This document shows, in pieces, positions 48,112 to 59,272 of a stretch of DNA of 64,000 bases (within the stretch, counting starts at the first letter, position 1; the number at the start of each line of letters is the position of its first letter). Origin of the DNA: a virus (taxonomy: Duplodnaviria > Caudoviricetes); the IMG/VR virus record IMGVR_UViG_3300033146_000447, positions 1,450 through 65,449 of that record, one strand, 5' to 3'. Below the pieces are notes generated by a model that saw nothing but the letters and a program-made list of their open reading frames with translations, was not told the origin of the DNA and ran no database searches. The position numbers and the translations under genes were made by a program.

Positions 48112-50457
48112 ATGGATATATTTGAATACTTAGACATAGATGAGAGGGTTGCATTTCCTCAGACTGATGGAGATAATACGCATCCTTACATTGAATGGTA
48201 TAACGAAGATAAGAGTAGATATACTAAAGCAGGTGATACTATAAATCCTAAGACAGGACGTAAGTATGTAGATGCTGATGATGACTTTCTTATAGGCGAT
48301 AGCGGTGGATTCTTAATGAATGAGAACTTTGTGTTAGTTAATACGCAAGTGTTCAAGACTACAGGTAAAGTCTTTGAAGAGACAGGTAGTTATCTTTCAG
48401 CTAAGATTGATAGCCCTCGTTATCTTAAGTGGCTTGATGATGAAACTGAGAAGCGTAAGTATGGTGTAACATTCCCTTGTAAGTTATTAAAGAAGGATGT
48501 TAAAGCCTATAACGCATCACCTGTTGAAGAACGATATAAGTTCTTACATCCATTACATATTACAGGTGAGATGTATAACTTCCTTAACTTTGGACTTATG
48601 TCTAGAACTGAGGAGGATGCTACGGCTAATGACGATGCAGCTCATAAGGAGAAGAAGGATGGATTACCTCAATTCTTTGTTAGTCAATATTGGTGGACTA
48701 AGATAAAAGAGTTTGCTATGACTAATGGGCTTAACCTAGTTATGGGTAAGTCACGTAGAGCAGGTTGGAGTTATCAGGAAGCTATTGATAGTGCTAATGA
48801 TGCTAATCTATATCCTAATACAACTAATATATTTGCGGCGTATGACTTTAAGTATCTAACTAAAGGTAGAGCTATTGCTCGTATGGCGTTTGACCAACTT
48901 AACTTCTATGAGGAGTTTACCCCGTTTAATAGATGTGGTAGAAAACCTAGTGGTGAGCCTGTTGGTTTATATAAGAAGTCACTAGAGGATTTACAAGTTG
49001 CATATAGAAAGACTGATGGTACTCCTGCTGGCTATCAATCTAAACTTATTAGTGTATCGTTTGCTAATGATACGGATGCTGCGATTGGTAAGGATGCTCG
49101 TAAGATTAAGATAGAGGAGCTTTCTAATACTCCTAATCTATTTGAATTCCTAAACGTTACTGAGCCTACTACTAGAGCGGGTTCGTATAAGGTGGGTATG
49201 ATAATAGGTTTTGGAACAGGTGGTTCAAGCGAAGGTGATTGGGTTAAGTTTAAGACTTGGTTCTATAACCCTGCTGAGTATGATGCTATGGAGTTTGAGA
49301 ATGTATGGGATAGGAATGCTCGTAATACTACTTGCGGTTACTATAAGATGTATATTCAAAACCTAGAGGGTAAGACTGTTTCAGGTAAACTGGGAATTGA
49401 TATGTATGGTAATTGTGATTACATGTCATCATTAGAGATTTCAAATGCGGAGAGAGACATAGAGCAAAAGGTTAAGACACCTGCTGACTTTATCGTATAT
49501 AAAGGTCAATACTCTAATAGCCCTGATGAGAGTTTCGGAGTTAGTAATGATAATGATTTTGTTACACCTGCTCTATTAGACCATATATCTAGAGTTGAAC
49601 ATGACCCTGATATGAAGTTCTATATAGATGGATGGATTACTCGTAGTGCTAGAGGTCAAGCTATCTTCGAGACTAATAGTGATATACATCAGAAAGGTAG
49701 AGCTATTCATCAGTTTGTGCCACATAGATTATTTAGAAAGAGTGATGACTTACATGGATGTGTTCGTATGTTCTATCCTCCTGAGACAGATGATGCTGGT
49801 AATATACCTAATAATCTGTATAGAATTACATATGACCCTGTAGCTATAGACCAAGAGAAGAAACTAATTAGGAAAGATACATCGCTTAATTCATTTAAGG
49901 TTAGAATGGTTAAGACTAATATGAATGGAACTAGAGGTGATATTATAGTTGCTAGTTTTGCAGGACGACCTGAGCGTGTAGAAGTTGTACATAGGTTATT
50001 AGTTGATACTGCTGACTTGTATAACGCTAAGATTCTACCTGAGACTGATAGAGGTAACATAGTTGCTACGTTTCGTAAGTGGAAGCGATTAGACTTACTT
50101 ATTAAAGAACCTAGTCGTATATTCAATAAGAAGAATGTAGACCAAAAGGATACAGTTTATGGTATGAGTATTGGTAATCCGGGACGTAAAGCTGATGCTC
50201 TAGCTTACTTTAAAGATTGGTTATATGAGACTAGAGGTGTTAATGGTTTAGGAGAAATGCAATATAACTTTCACTACATATTTGACTTACCTTTCTTAGA
50301 AGAGATTAGGGACTGGAACGCAAAAGATAACTTTGATAGGGTTTCGGACTTCCTCTTGGCTATGTATGATAATAAAGAGTTAGAGCTTAGAAAAACAAAG
50401 AGGGATAATTCTAATAATAAAAATAAAAATAGTATATTTGCTAAAGCGTGGTTTTAG
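48112..50457 (+). CDS. terL: Terminase large subunit
   Basis: Walker A KSRRAGWS, Walker B IKIEE, motif C FGTGG, nuclease YDP and NFDRV; precedes portal. Confidence 0.92.
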   Translation: MDIFEYLDIDERVAFPQTDGDNTHPYIEWYNEDKSRYTKAGDTINPKTGRKYVDADDDFLIGDSGGFLMNENFVLVNTQVFKTTGKVFEETGSYLSAKIDSPRYLKWLDDETEKRKYGVTFPCKLLKKDVKAYNASPVEERYKFLHPLHITGEMYNFLNFGLMSRTEEDATANDDAAHKEKKDGLPQFFVSQYWWTKIKEFAMTNGLNLVMGKSRRAGWSYQEAIDSANDANLYPNTTNIFAAYDFKYLTKGRAIARMAFDQLNFYEEFTPFNRCGRKPSGEPVGLYKKSLEDLQVAYRKTDGTPAGYQSKLISVSFANDTDAAIGKDARKIKIEELSNTPNLFEFLNVTEPTTRAGSYKVGMIIGFGTGGSSEGDWVKFKTWFYNPAEYDAMEFENVWDRNARNTTCGYYKMYIQNLEGKTVSGKLGIDMYGNCDYMSSLEISNAERDIEQKVKTPADFIVYKGQYSNSPDESFGVSNDNDFVTPALLDHISRVEHDPDMKFYIDGWITRSARGQAIFETNSDIHQKGRAIHQFVPHRLFRKSDDLHGCVRMFYPPETDDAGNIPNNLYRITYDPVAIDQEKKLIRKDTSLNSFKVRMVKTNMNGTRGDIIVASFAGRPERVEVVHRLLVDTADLYNAKILPETDRGNIVATFRKWKRLDLLIKEPSRIFNKKNVDQKDTVYGMSIGNPGRKADALAYFKDWLYETRGVNGLGEMQYNFHYIFDLPFLEEIRDWNAKDNFDRVSDFLLAMYDNKELELRKTKRDNSNNKNKNSIFAKAWF

Positions 50458-50468
50458 TTTGTGTATTC

Positions 50469-50488
50469 CTTCTATGACGGGGTAGCTA
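50469..50488 (-). repeat. Dispersed motif copy (terminase-portal gap)
   Basis: CTTCTATGACGGGGTAGCTA on + strand. Confidence 0.9.
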
Positions 50489-50515
50489 GAACTATGTATA
50501 ACTTACATTTGACAT

Positions 50516-52876
50516 ATGGGTAAACAAGAGTATTTTGCAGAACAACGGGTTAGCGATACCGTTAAACATTCAGATGCTTATACACGTGAGGTTACAGATG
50601 ACCTTATCAAACGTGCTATATCGCTAGATACTAATAATAAGGATGAAGTAGCATCACTTATAGATGCAATGAATGGTATATTAGATACTAAAGAATACAG
50701 CTATGTATTAAATCCTTATCACTCTGATAATCCTGACTTAACTAGATTTCCTGCTAAGTTACGTAATTATAATATTATTACTCCTATATGGAATAAGTAT
50801 CTAGGCGAAATGATTAAAGCTCGTAAACCTATAAAAGTAGGTGTTAATAATCCTGATAGTATTAATAAGTTTAAGGAGGATTTACATGAGCGGGTTAAAG
50901 CAATAGTTCAGGATAAATTAGCTAGAAGCTTTAATAAGAATATGGGAACTGAGATACCTACTCAGGATAAAGATGTAGATTTAGAAGCATTGATTAATGA
51001 CTACACTGAGAATTGGAATGACCAACGAGCTATATTCGGACAAGAGGCTATTAACAAGTTAGAGAAGGAACTAGACTTAGAGTATAAGTTTTGGGAAGCA
51101 TATTTAGACTGGGCAGCATTAGGACAGTTCTATACAGTTAAAGATGTATATAAGGATGATGTTGTAGAAGACATTGTGAGTCCTTTAGAATACTATCCTA
51201 TAGGTAGTGCTGACTTCGTAGAAGATGATGATGCAGGTGTTAGAATTTATAGACTTAGTATTACTGAAATATTAACTAGGTTTGGTGATAGGCTTAGTAA
51301 GAAAGATTATAAAGAGTTAGAAGACTTAACTGTAGGTTCCGCTCACAATATACCTATTGCTGTACCGCAAGCTTTCAGAATGAATAAGGATGAGAGTATG
51401 GATGATATTACTCGTAACTCGGAGACTAGTGCATTTAGTAATAGTGACCATAGTGTTGAGATAGCTCATTGTGTATTCAAAGCTCCTTTTAGAATTAAGA
51501 TACTTACATATAGAGGTATATTAGGTGATATTAAGACTAAAGAGGTTAGTGATGATTATATTATAGATAGAGAGAATGGTGATTTAGAACTTGCTATAAC
51601 TTGGGTTAATAAGGTATATGAGAGTTATAGATTCGGACCAGAGGGTGGTGCTATCTACATTAATGTTAGTCAAATACTAGTGCAGCGTAGTGACCTTAAT
51701 AATACATCTAGCGTTAAACTACCTTACGGAGGTAAACGATTCATGTTTACTAATGTATATAATCATTCAATAGTTAAAGCTTTATTACCATACCAAATGT
51801 TGTATAATATTATACACAGGTATCGTGAAATGGCAATAGCTAAGAATAAAGGTAAGCTATTAGTTTTACCTAAAGGTATTATTGCTAATGATAATGAGAT
51901 TACTACCGAGAAGGCTTTATATATAATGAAGGCGGATGGTACTATGTTAGTGGATGAGACTGAGGATAACTTTGCTAATGCTATTAATGGTTTAAAGCAA
52001 GTTGATTTATCTGATAGTTCTTATATTGTTTCATTGGGAGGTATTCTCCAAGAGATTAAAGAGGAAGCATGGGATGAGGTTAGTATGAATAGACAACGTT
52101 TTGGTCAATCATATGCTAGTGATGGTAAAGCTACTACTGAGCAAGCTGTATTTAGAGCTAGTGTTGGTTCATTACCTATCAATGAGGTGTTTAATAAAGC
52201 TATGGAGAAAGAGTATGAAGCTCTACTAGACTTTAGTAAGATGGCATGGATAGATGAAGATGGAACTAAGAATAAAGGAGCATTCATAAACAGTGAGAAT
52301 AGATTAGCGTATTTTGCCGTTAATGGTAGACATCATCTAGAAACTAATTATGGTGTGTTTATATCTAATAGTTTTCAAGAAGCTAAGAAGTCTGAATTAT
52401 ATGAGCAACTTGTATTTGCAATAGGGCAACAAGGTAATATGGAGGTTGCATCACAAGGAATAGAAGCAGGTAATAATGCTCAGTTGCGTAAAATCATTAG
52501 GAATTGGCGTAAGGCTGAGGATGCTAAGATTGAAGCTCAACAGCAAGCCGAACAACAACAAGTACAAGCTCAACAACAAGCTGAGGAGATGAAGCAACAA
52601 CGAGAAGATGCTAAGTTCCAAGCTGAGATTGATACTAAGTTGGAGATAGAAGCTATGGGTAATGAGAATGCTATTATTCTTAAAGAGATGGAGCTATCAG
52701 GTAAGAGTGAAGACAATGCTAGTAGAGAGTCTATTGCCGATAGACGTGATGATACTGCTACTCAGGTGGCTGACATCAATGCTCAGGTGCAGAAGTTTGT
52801 TACTAAGTTATCTACAGATAGTAGTGAAAAAGTTGCACGTATGAATAAACAAGACAAATCTAAGGCTACAGAATAA
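50516..52876 (+). CDS. Portal protein
   Basis: 786 aa after TerL; FPAKLRNYNIITP, KLPY, PYQ.LYNI, RQRFGQ; Q-rich C-terminal coiled coil. Confidence 0.88.
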   Translation: MGKQEYFAEQRVSDTVKHSDAYTREVTDDLIKRAISLDTNNKDEVASLIDAMNGILDTKEYSYVLNPYHSDNPDLTRFPAKLRNYNIITPIWNKYLGEMIKARKPIKVGVNNPDSINKFKEDLHERVKAIVQDKLARSFNKNMGTEIPTQDKDVDLEALINDYTENWNDQRAIFGQEAINKLEKELDLEYKFWEAYLDWAALGQFYTVKDVYKDDVVEDIVSPLEYYPIGSADFVEDDDAGVRIYRLSITEILTRFGDRLSKKDYKELEDLTVGSAHNIPIAVPQAFRMNKDESMDDITRNSETSAFSNSDHSVEIAHCVFKAPFRIKILTYRGILGDIKTKEVSDDYIIDRENGDLELAITWVNKVYESYRFGPEGGAIYINVSQILVQRSDLNNTSSVKLPYGGKRFMFTNVYNHSIVKALLPYQMLYNIIHRYREMAIAKNKGKLLVLPKGIIANDNEITTEKALYIMKADGTMLVDETEDNFANAINGLKQVDLSDSSYIVSLGGILQEIKEEAWDEVSMNRQRFGQSYASDGKATTEQAVFRASVGSLPINEVFNKAMEKEYEALLDFSKMAWIDEDGTKNKGAFINSENRLAYFAVNGRHHLETNYGVFISNSFQEAKKSELYEQLVFAIGQQGNMEVASQGIEAGNNAQLRKIIRNWRKAEDAKIEAQQQAEQQQVQAQQQAEEMKQQREDAKFQAEIDTKLEIEAMGNENAIILKEMELSGKSEDNASRESIADRRDDTATQVADINAQVQKFVTKLSTDSSEKVARMNKQDKSKATE

Positions 52877-52900
52877 CGTTATCTTTAAGTACTATAAAAC

Positions 52901-52945
52901 AAGCTCATACGGTAGGTCTTTGGACTAAACCTTATGAGCTTTTTT
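52901..52945 (+). terminator. Intrinsic terminator
   Basis: AAGCTCATA...TATGAGCTT stem followed by a T run. Confidence 0.75.
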
Positions 52946-53025
52946 AGTATAGTATGCTTTCAATCTACCTACCTTATTGCTTATATTACATACTCATATA
53001 TAAATAATAGATAAATTATAAGATT

Positions 53026-54396
53026 ATGGATGGTTTAGAACAATTAACTACAGGGCTTGGTACGGAAGGTATCAGTAATAGTGCCGTAGTAGATGTTTTG
53101 TATAATGATTTTAAGGCTACGGGGTTGAAAGACGGTAATATCGTAGGTGCTGATGATGTAATTATAGCAAAACTTAGTGACTTAAGAGAAGCAGGTATAA
53201 TAGATGATGTTATTACCAAAGAGCAATTTACTAATGCCTTTAATGAGTTTCGTGAGGGTACAGAAGCTGGTGGCGAAGAAGGTGGCTCAGAAAGAGCAGA
53301 AGGAGCAGAAGGTAATAAAGACGCTATCGTTCTTAAAGAGGGTGACGAATTAGAAGTTAATGGTATAATGGTTACTATTGATGCTGAGGGTAACGCTATT
53401 GATAAGGATAATAAAGTTATCGCTACTCCTGAACAACTTAAAGAATTAGTTGACGAAGCAGAAGCGGGAGCAGGTGCCGAAGGTGATGACGATGAAGTTG
53501 ATTACATAGCTGACATTAGTAAGTTGGATGGATATGTGGTTAATGACGAAGAAGGTAATCCTCTTACTTTTGAGAACACATTAGAAGGTTTGGCTAAGCG
53601 TAATGCTTTCATAGTTAAAGAACAATCTCAACAAGCAGTTAATAATACGTTTGAGAAGTTCTTTACAGAGAATCCTGACCTAGAGGATATGTGGAATTAT
53701 AAGAACTCTAACAATGGCTCATTAGAAGGTTATAATAGAGATGTATCTTTATTAACATTAGAGATTAAAGATGACACAGATGAAAAGTCTTTAATGCGTA
53801 TTGTTAAGGATGCTGAGATTCGCAGAGGTAGAACAGCAGAAGCGGCTGACTCATTAGTAGAATACTTCAAGGCTGAGGATAAGTTAGGGGCAGAAGCTAA
53901 AGTAGCTCAGGCTTACCTAAAGGATATTAAAGCTAAAGAAGATACATTTCTAAGTGAGCAACAAGACCGAGTTCATGCTCAACAGGTTAAAGACCAAGAG
54001 AAGCATTGGAGTTCTGTAAAGACTATTATTGATAGTGGTAATTTAGCAGGTTTAGGTATTAAGATACCTGAGAGTTTACAAGTTAAAGGAACCGATGGTG
54101 TTATTAGAAATATAACACGTGAAGATTTATACAACTACAGTTCTAAGTCTGTAAATGCTAATGGTAACAGTCAAGCTCAATTAGATAGAGCTAACAGTGA
54201 GCATAACTTAGAGTATAAAGTCTTAATTGACTTATTACAATTAACAGGTGGTGATTTATCACAGTTGATTAAAGAGCAGGTTAGCGAAGCAGATGTATTG
54301 AAGCTTAGTAACCGTAAGAAGAACCTAAATACTAAAGGGGTTCGTAAGTTCACACTAGGTAAACGTAAGAGTGGTGTGGATAATATTAAAGTGTAA
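53026..54396 (+). CDS. Acidic scaffold-like protein
   Basis: 456 aa, very acidic, between portal and major capsid protein. Confidence 0.6.
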   Translation: MDGLEQLTTGLGTEGISNSAVVDVLYNDFKATGLKDGNIVGADDVIIAKLSDLREAGIIDDVITKEQFTNAFNEFREGTEAGGEEGGSERAEGAEGNKDAIVLKEGDELEVNGIMVTIDAEGNAIDKDNKVIATPEQLKELVDEAEAGAGAEGDDDEVDYIADISKLDGYVVNDEEGNPLTFENTLEGLAKRNAFIVKEQSQQAVNNTFEKFFTENPDLEDMWNYKNSNNGSLEGYNRDVSLLTLEIKDDTDEKSLMRIVKDAEIRRGRTAEAADSLVEYFKAEDKLGAEAKVAQAYLKDIKAKEDTFLSEQQDRVHAQQVKDQEKHWSSVKTIIDSGNLAGLGIKIPESLQVKGTDGVIRNITREDLYNYSSKSVNANGNSQAQLDRANSEHNLEYKVLIDLLQLTGGDLSQLIKEQVSEADVLKLSNRKKNLNTKGVRKFTLGKRKSGVDNIKV

Positions 54397-54425
54397 TTTT
54401 TTATTAATTAATTAAATATTTTTGT

Positions 54426-55916
54426 ATGGTTAGAGAACTATATAGTGCTAATTATGAAGCGAAGCAATTCACAGATGAAGATTCGTTGAATAAGTTAATG
54501 CTAAGAAGCCCTGATAAGATTAGCACAAAGCTAACTTATATGTGGGGCAACGGTCAATACGGGAACAAGTTTGGTTTCCTTATGATGACAGAAGGACAGG
54601 GCAACATTAAAGAAACAAATGACCGAGATTACTTTTGGGATACTATGGGTGAAATGCACCATACGTCAGAAGTAGTTGAGTATGATGTTGTTTCTAATCC
54701 AGCACCGGGTCTAGGACATAGTGTATTTGAGGTAACGTTTAGAGACTCGTGGTTAATCCCGCAGTATGGTCTTTTAGCACCTGATGGACAAACACACGCG
54801 TATATTCATGGAGAACCTGAGCAAGTAGAGAATGGGTTTAAGTACACACTAGAGTTAAAAACTGTAGATAACAATGCTTCTTGTGATATAGCAAATCTAT
54901 TGCCTGGCTCGTATTGGGTAATGACTGCTCCTAACGTATCTGAATCAGGTTCGTATGGTAATAGAAGTAATGTAATGGGACCGGGTCGTATGACTAACAT
55001 GGTTTCGTTTAAACGTTATAGTGAGCGTATTCAAGGTAATATGGCTAACAAAGTAGTTAACATCCAATTTAGCGGTAGCGATACTGAGGATGGTAAAGCT
55101 ACTAATTTATGGATGAATGAGCAACAACGTCAGTTCGAGGTTAATATACGTGAGTATAACAACCATGACTTATGGTTATCTAAGTATAACAAAGACGGTA
55201 ATGGTGTGATTCATCTTAGAGATAAGAAGACACAAAAGGTTATCCCTATCGGTGCAGGTATTGAGGAAGCGATTACAGAAGAAGGTAACGTTGATACATA
55301 CGGTTATAGCTTACCTTTACGTAAGTTGAAGAATATCTTATCTGAAATCTTTTGGGGTAAGTCTGATACAGGTAAAGAAGAAGTTGTGATTCATGCAGGT
55401 ATGGGTTTCATTGAAGATTTCGATGATGCTGTAAATAGAGACATTGCAAGTAAAGGGTCAGGATTCTTAACCGCAGTTGGTGACAAGTATGTTACTTCGG
55501 GTAAAGATGGTTTCTTATCATATGGTAATTCATTCCGTCAGTATAAGACTCCCGCAGGTCATATTGTTACAGTGAAACATGATGTAATGTTTGATTCAGG
55601 TCTATTAGGAGAGTTAGGTTCTAAGAATGGTAACTTACACCCTAGAACTAACTATGCTATGAGTTCGCATACAGGTGTTATTATGGACTACTCTACTTAC
55701 GATGGTCAACGTAATATCATGATTACTCAGATGAAAGGTCAAGCTAATATTGCAGGTGTTGTGAAAGGTGCTGCTCCGCTTCCTAAGTCTTGGGGTACTG
55801 TAGCTGATGCTTCATGGGCTACTGAGAAAGATGAAACAGCTTATCATATTAAGCAGTCTCGTTCAGTTAATATTTTAGATGCTACACGCTGCTACATTTT
55901 AAAGGCACAGTTGTAA
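54426..55916 (+). CDS. Major capsid protein
   Basis: 496 aa; conserved crAss position after portal and scaffold; IPIGAGIEE, YKTPAGHIVTVKH. Confidence 0.85.
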   Translation: MVRELYSANYEAKQFTDEDSLNKLMLRSPDKISTKLTYMWGNGQYGNKFGFLMMTEGQGNIKETNDRDYFWDTMGEMHHTSEVVEYDVVSNPAPGLGHSVFEVTFRDSWLIPQYGLLAPDGQTHAYIHGEPEQVENGFKYTLELKTVDNNASCDIANLLPGSYWVMTAPNVSESGSYGNRSNVMGPGRMTNMVSFKRYSERIQGNMANKVVNIQFSGSDTEDGKATNLWMNEQQRQFEVNIREYNNHDLWLSKYNKDGNGVIHLRDKKTQKVIPIGAGIEEAITEEGNVDTYGYSLPLRKLKNILSEIFWGKSDTGKEEVVIHAGMGFIEDFDDAVNRDIASKGSGFLTAVGDKYVTSGKDGFLSYGNSFRQYKTPAGHIVTVKHDVMFDSGLLGELGSKNGNLHPRTNYAMSSHTGVIMDYSTYDGQRNIMITQMKGQANIAGVVKGAAPLPKSWGTVADASWATEKDETAYHIKQSRSVNILDATRCYILKAQL

Positions 55917-55950
55917 TACATCATAGGCAAATAACTTAAATATAAAAGAA

Positions 55951-56952
55951 ATGTCATTATACATAAAGAAAGAAGTTAAACTTAAACATAGGGTAAGTAC
56001 TTCGGGTTATCATCTCAATAACCTTAAGAATAAAGAGATGAGAAGAAAGAAGCTTGGTTCGAGCATTAGTGCTGTTAATAGACTGTTAGGGTCTGCTAAC
56101 TTTAAGAAGGTTGTAATCGCAAAGATTATACGTAATTCAAGCGCTGATGTTAAGTTTGACCAACGTGTTGAAGATTACTTCGATGCTATTTCTATATCAG
56201 TTCCATTTGAAGGAAAGACATTAAACGTATCCTTAACGTATCCATCGGATGAAATTGCTGACAAGTATGAAGGTAAGGAAACAATTATCCGTAAGAAGTA
56301 TCATGATATGATGACTGCTACGGGTACAGGCTTGAAAGAGCAGCGTGACTTGTTCAAAGAGAGAACTGATAAGTTAATAGCCCTAGAGGAGGAAAAGTTA
56401 GGGGCAGGTGCTGAGCCTGTTAATCATGACCATTATTTAATATGGCGTTATAGTCTTATTAATAATGAGGTGGCTAATAGAGAGCTAGATGCAGGAACTT
56501 CTATAAATATTAGATTCTATCTATTAGATATAGCAGATAACGCATTAGCTAAGAGTGACAAAGAAGATAAGGTTGTTATTGCTCATACTATGTTTACGGA
56601 CATTATGGGCGATAAGAGTAAGGTTAATGATTTATACGAAGTGCTATTCCCTACAGGTAAGGATAAGAGTCTTCCTACTAAACAGGTTAAGTTAATGGAG
56701 TATATCTTACGTAATCCTAATCAGTTTATAACTCGCTTGAAAGACAAAGATATGACCATTAAAGCGGCTATTGAACGTCTAGTTAAAGCAGGTATTCTAA
56801 AGAGATTTCCTAGTTCTAGTTTAATTGTAGATACTATGACACAAGAGAAGATAGGACGTAATGTAGCAGGGGCAGTTGAGTGGTTTAATAATCCTGATAA
56901 TAAGGATGCTATAACTCAGCTAACTAATCGTTATAAGAATAAAATAAAATAA
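55951..56952 (+). CDS. Conserved crAss-like protein downstream of MCP
   Basis: 333 aa; synteny. Confidence 0.6.
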   Translation: MSLYIKKEVKLKHRVSTSGYHLNNLKNKEMRRKKLGSSISAVNRLLGSANFKKVVIAKIIRNSSADVKFDQRVEDYFDAISISVPFEGKTLNVSLTYPSDEIADKYEGKETIIRKKYHDMMTATGTGLKEQRDLFKERTDKLIALEEEKLGAGAEPVNHDHYLIWRYSLINNEVANRELDAGTSINIRFYLLDIADNALAKSDKEDKVVIAHTMFTDIMGDKSKVNDLYEVLFPTGKDKSLPTKQVKLMEYILRNPNQFITRLKDKDMTIKAAIERLVKAGILKRFPSSSLIVDTMTQEKIGRNVAGAVEWFNNPDNKDAITQLTNRYKNKIK

Positions 56953-56953
56953 C

Positions 56954-58018
56954 ATGTATAATACAGTAAAGGAATTACATATAGCACTTGACTTACAGTT
57001 GCAATATCTTAATAGTGATAAGGTTTCTAATATAGAACCCGAAGAGAAAGATTGGATTATCAATGAATCTATCTATGAGTTCGTAGAGACTTCTATAACC
57101 GATAAGGTAAAAGAGGGATTTGAAGAAACATTATTACGCTATGAGGATATTAAGGAGCTGAAAGCATCTAAAGCTTTAACAGTGTATTCGGAGAATGAAG
57201 ATTTACAATATGTAGTATTACCACAAAACTATTTAGTTAAACCTAAAGGTATTGTTAAACTATCTATTAAATGTCCTAATAATCCTACAGAGTTGAGCGA
57301 TAAAGAAGTAGGTATTTATGTAATTCCTTTTACTAGTATTATCTACAGTGGTAAGTATTATACCGCATTTGATATTAAGTTCCATAACACAGGTAATAGT
57401 AATGAACTTACTATCGAACATTATAATCAAGAGGGTTACAATGACCCTTCTAGTAAGTTTATTATTATTGCTGATATGATTAATCAGATTAATAAGCTTA
57501 ATGGATTTGAATTATATTGGGAACGATACGGAGATAGATATGAAGCTAACAGTTTTATTATAGTTGATTTACACAATGATGATACTTATAATATTGTTAC
57601 TTTAGATTATAATGGGTTTAATTATGTTAGGAGTAAAATCATAACTACTCTTCCTATTATGTCACTTGTTAATGAGAGTTCGCAAGTGCTATCAGGTATT
57701 CCATGTAGAACAATGTCTAGTAAGTATATACATGAGATTCTTAGAGACGAGTTCGCTACTACTAATCCTGCTAGTCCTTTAATTGAGGTTATCGGGAATA
57801 AGGCATTTATACATACTGATTCACGATTTATAATAGATGAACTGACACTTGATTATATTAAGAAGCCTGTGCTAGTTAACTATAAAGCTAATGTGATGAC
57901 CGATGTAAAGCGTCATAGTGTAGAAATTATAAGTATTGCCGTTCGTAAAATTAAGGCATTTATAGATGATAGCAATTATAAGTCTATTATCAATGAGAAT
58001 TTAATTACTAATTTATAA
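56954..58018 (+). CDS. Tail ring/adaptor protein
   Basis: EPEEKDWIINE, LPQNYL, LDYIKKP...EIISIAV; synteny with crAss ring proteins. Confidence 0.6.
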   Translation: MYNTVKELHIALDLQLQYLNSDKVSNIEPEEKDWIINESIYEFVETSITDKVKEGFEETLLRYEDIKELKASKALTVYSENEDLQYVVLPQNYLVKPKGIVKLSIKCPNNPTELSDKEVGIYVIPFTSIIYSGKYYTAFDIKFHNTGNSNELTIEHYNQEGYNDPSSKFIIIADMINQINKLNGFELYWERYGDRYEANSFIIVDLHNDDTYNIVTLDYNGFNYVRSKIITTLPIMSLVNESSQVLSGIPCRTMSSKYIHEILRDEFATTNPASPLIEVIGNKAFIHTDSRFIIDELTLDYIKKPVLVNYKANVMTDVKRHSVEIISIAVRKIKAFIDDSNYKSIINENLITNL

Positions 58019-58024
58019 ATAAAT

Positions 58025-58210
58025 ATGGCAAAGATTAAGAAAGGTACATATGTACAACAAATAGCCGTACAGCAAACTATCAATGAGGTATTAACTATCA
58101 TTGATTCTGAACCTAAAGACTTTAAAGAGTTAAAGGTTATGATTCATGAGAAGTTTGACATTAAACCTATTGAAGAATTTGATGCTGATGGTGACGAGAA
58201 AGCTAAATAA
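58025..58210 (+). CDS. Small hypothetical protein
   Basis: 61 aa in operon. Confidence 0.6.
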   Translation: MAKIKKGTYVQQIAVQQTINEVLTIIDSEPKDFKELKVMIHEKFDIKPIEEFDADGDEKAK

Positions 58211-58236
58211 AGTTTAATTATTAAAGTTATAAAATT

Positions 58237-59190
58237 ATGAAACAGTTTTTCGCAGCGTATAATGCTGCTGCTTCTACAGTCGCAAAGGTAGATGGCATTA
58301 ATGGTCTATTGGCTGGACAAATAGGCATATTCAATACAGATGGCACAAAAGTTGTAGGTGGTACAGCTTCTAGTGTTACTGGTGAGTATGTTACTATTGC
58401 GTTCATGAGCAAGGACGGAGAGTTATTCACGACTCAACCTATATTCAATAAGAGTATTCAGGTTAAATCTAAGGCGTATGAAGCGGCTACTAAGAAAGAA
58501 GCTTTTCTAGGTTTCGATGGTACGACCACAGCATATGACTTAAACTTCCCTACATTAGTAGAAGGTGATACAGCTTCAATTTGGGTTAAATCAGAAGGGG
58601 TTACTAAGGTAACTAACTCTAAAGATACTAAAGTATTTGATACTATAGTTGAGTTTGGAGATACTGAGACAACTATCATAAACAGATTGGTTGCTAAAGT
58701 TAATGCAAATCCTATTGTTGGAGTTGTCGCTAGTAACGTAAGTGCTGGTACTAACTACGGTATTAAGTTCGTAGCTAAGGATTTTGCTACTACCTTCAAA
58801 GTAGGGGCAGGTGAGATTCTTATTAACGCTGATGTTCTAGAATGTAAGTTAGTTAATAAAGTTTACACTGTTGGTTATACAGTTCCTAATGCATTAGTTA
58901 TCGGTAATGGTAATCTTTCTCAATTAGCTGATTACGAAAGTGATTACTTTGATGGGTTAGGTCGTCAGACTGAGAGACCTGTTCCGGGAATGTTCTCACA
59001 AGGTAGTTTCATTGACCAATCTATGTTGGATAATGATATTATTCTAGTTGAGAGTTCAGACCCTTCACCTAATGCTAATACTGAAATAGGTAAAGCCAGT
59101 AAAGGTGTTATTGTTATGTCTTTCGGTTCTGCTGCAGATACACAACAAGCTGATGTTCTTAGTATGCTAATGACAATAGCTACGGCATAA
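58237..59190 (+). CDS. Putative auxiliary capsid/structural protein
   Basis: 317 aa, Ala/Thr/Val-rich, followed by a terminator; synteny. Confidence 0.5.
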   Translation: MKQFFAAYNAAASTVAKVDGINGLLAGQIGIFNTDGTKVVGGTASSVTGEYVTIAFMSKDGELFTTQPIFNKSIQVKSKAYEAATKKEAFLGFDGTTTAYDLNFPTLVEGDTASIWVKSEGVTKVTNSKDTKVFDTIVEFGDTETTIINRLVAKVNANPIVGVVASNVSAGTNYGIKFVAKDFATTFKVGAGEILINADVLECKLVNKVYTVGYTVPNALVIGNGNLSQLADYESDYFDGLGRQTERPVPGMFSQGSFIDQSMLDNDIILVESSDPSPNANTEIGKASKGVIVMSFGSAADTQQADVLSMLMTIATA

Positions 59191-59219
59191 TAAACTTACA
59201 TATCATATTGCAATTTATG

Positions 59220-59251
59220 GGGAGTTATGCTACATGTATAACTCCCTTTTT
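59220..59251 (+). terminator. Intrinsic terminator
   Basis: GGGAGTTATGC/GTATAACTCCC followed by TTTTT. Confidence 0.75.
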
Positions 59252-59272
59252 AATAATTTAAAAACAATAATT

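Noticed and set aside
26949-50457. Introns or inteins in polymerase, helicase or terminase
   Set aside because: ORFs are continuous and of ordinary length, with no intein or LAGLIDADG motifs seen
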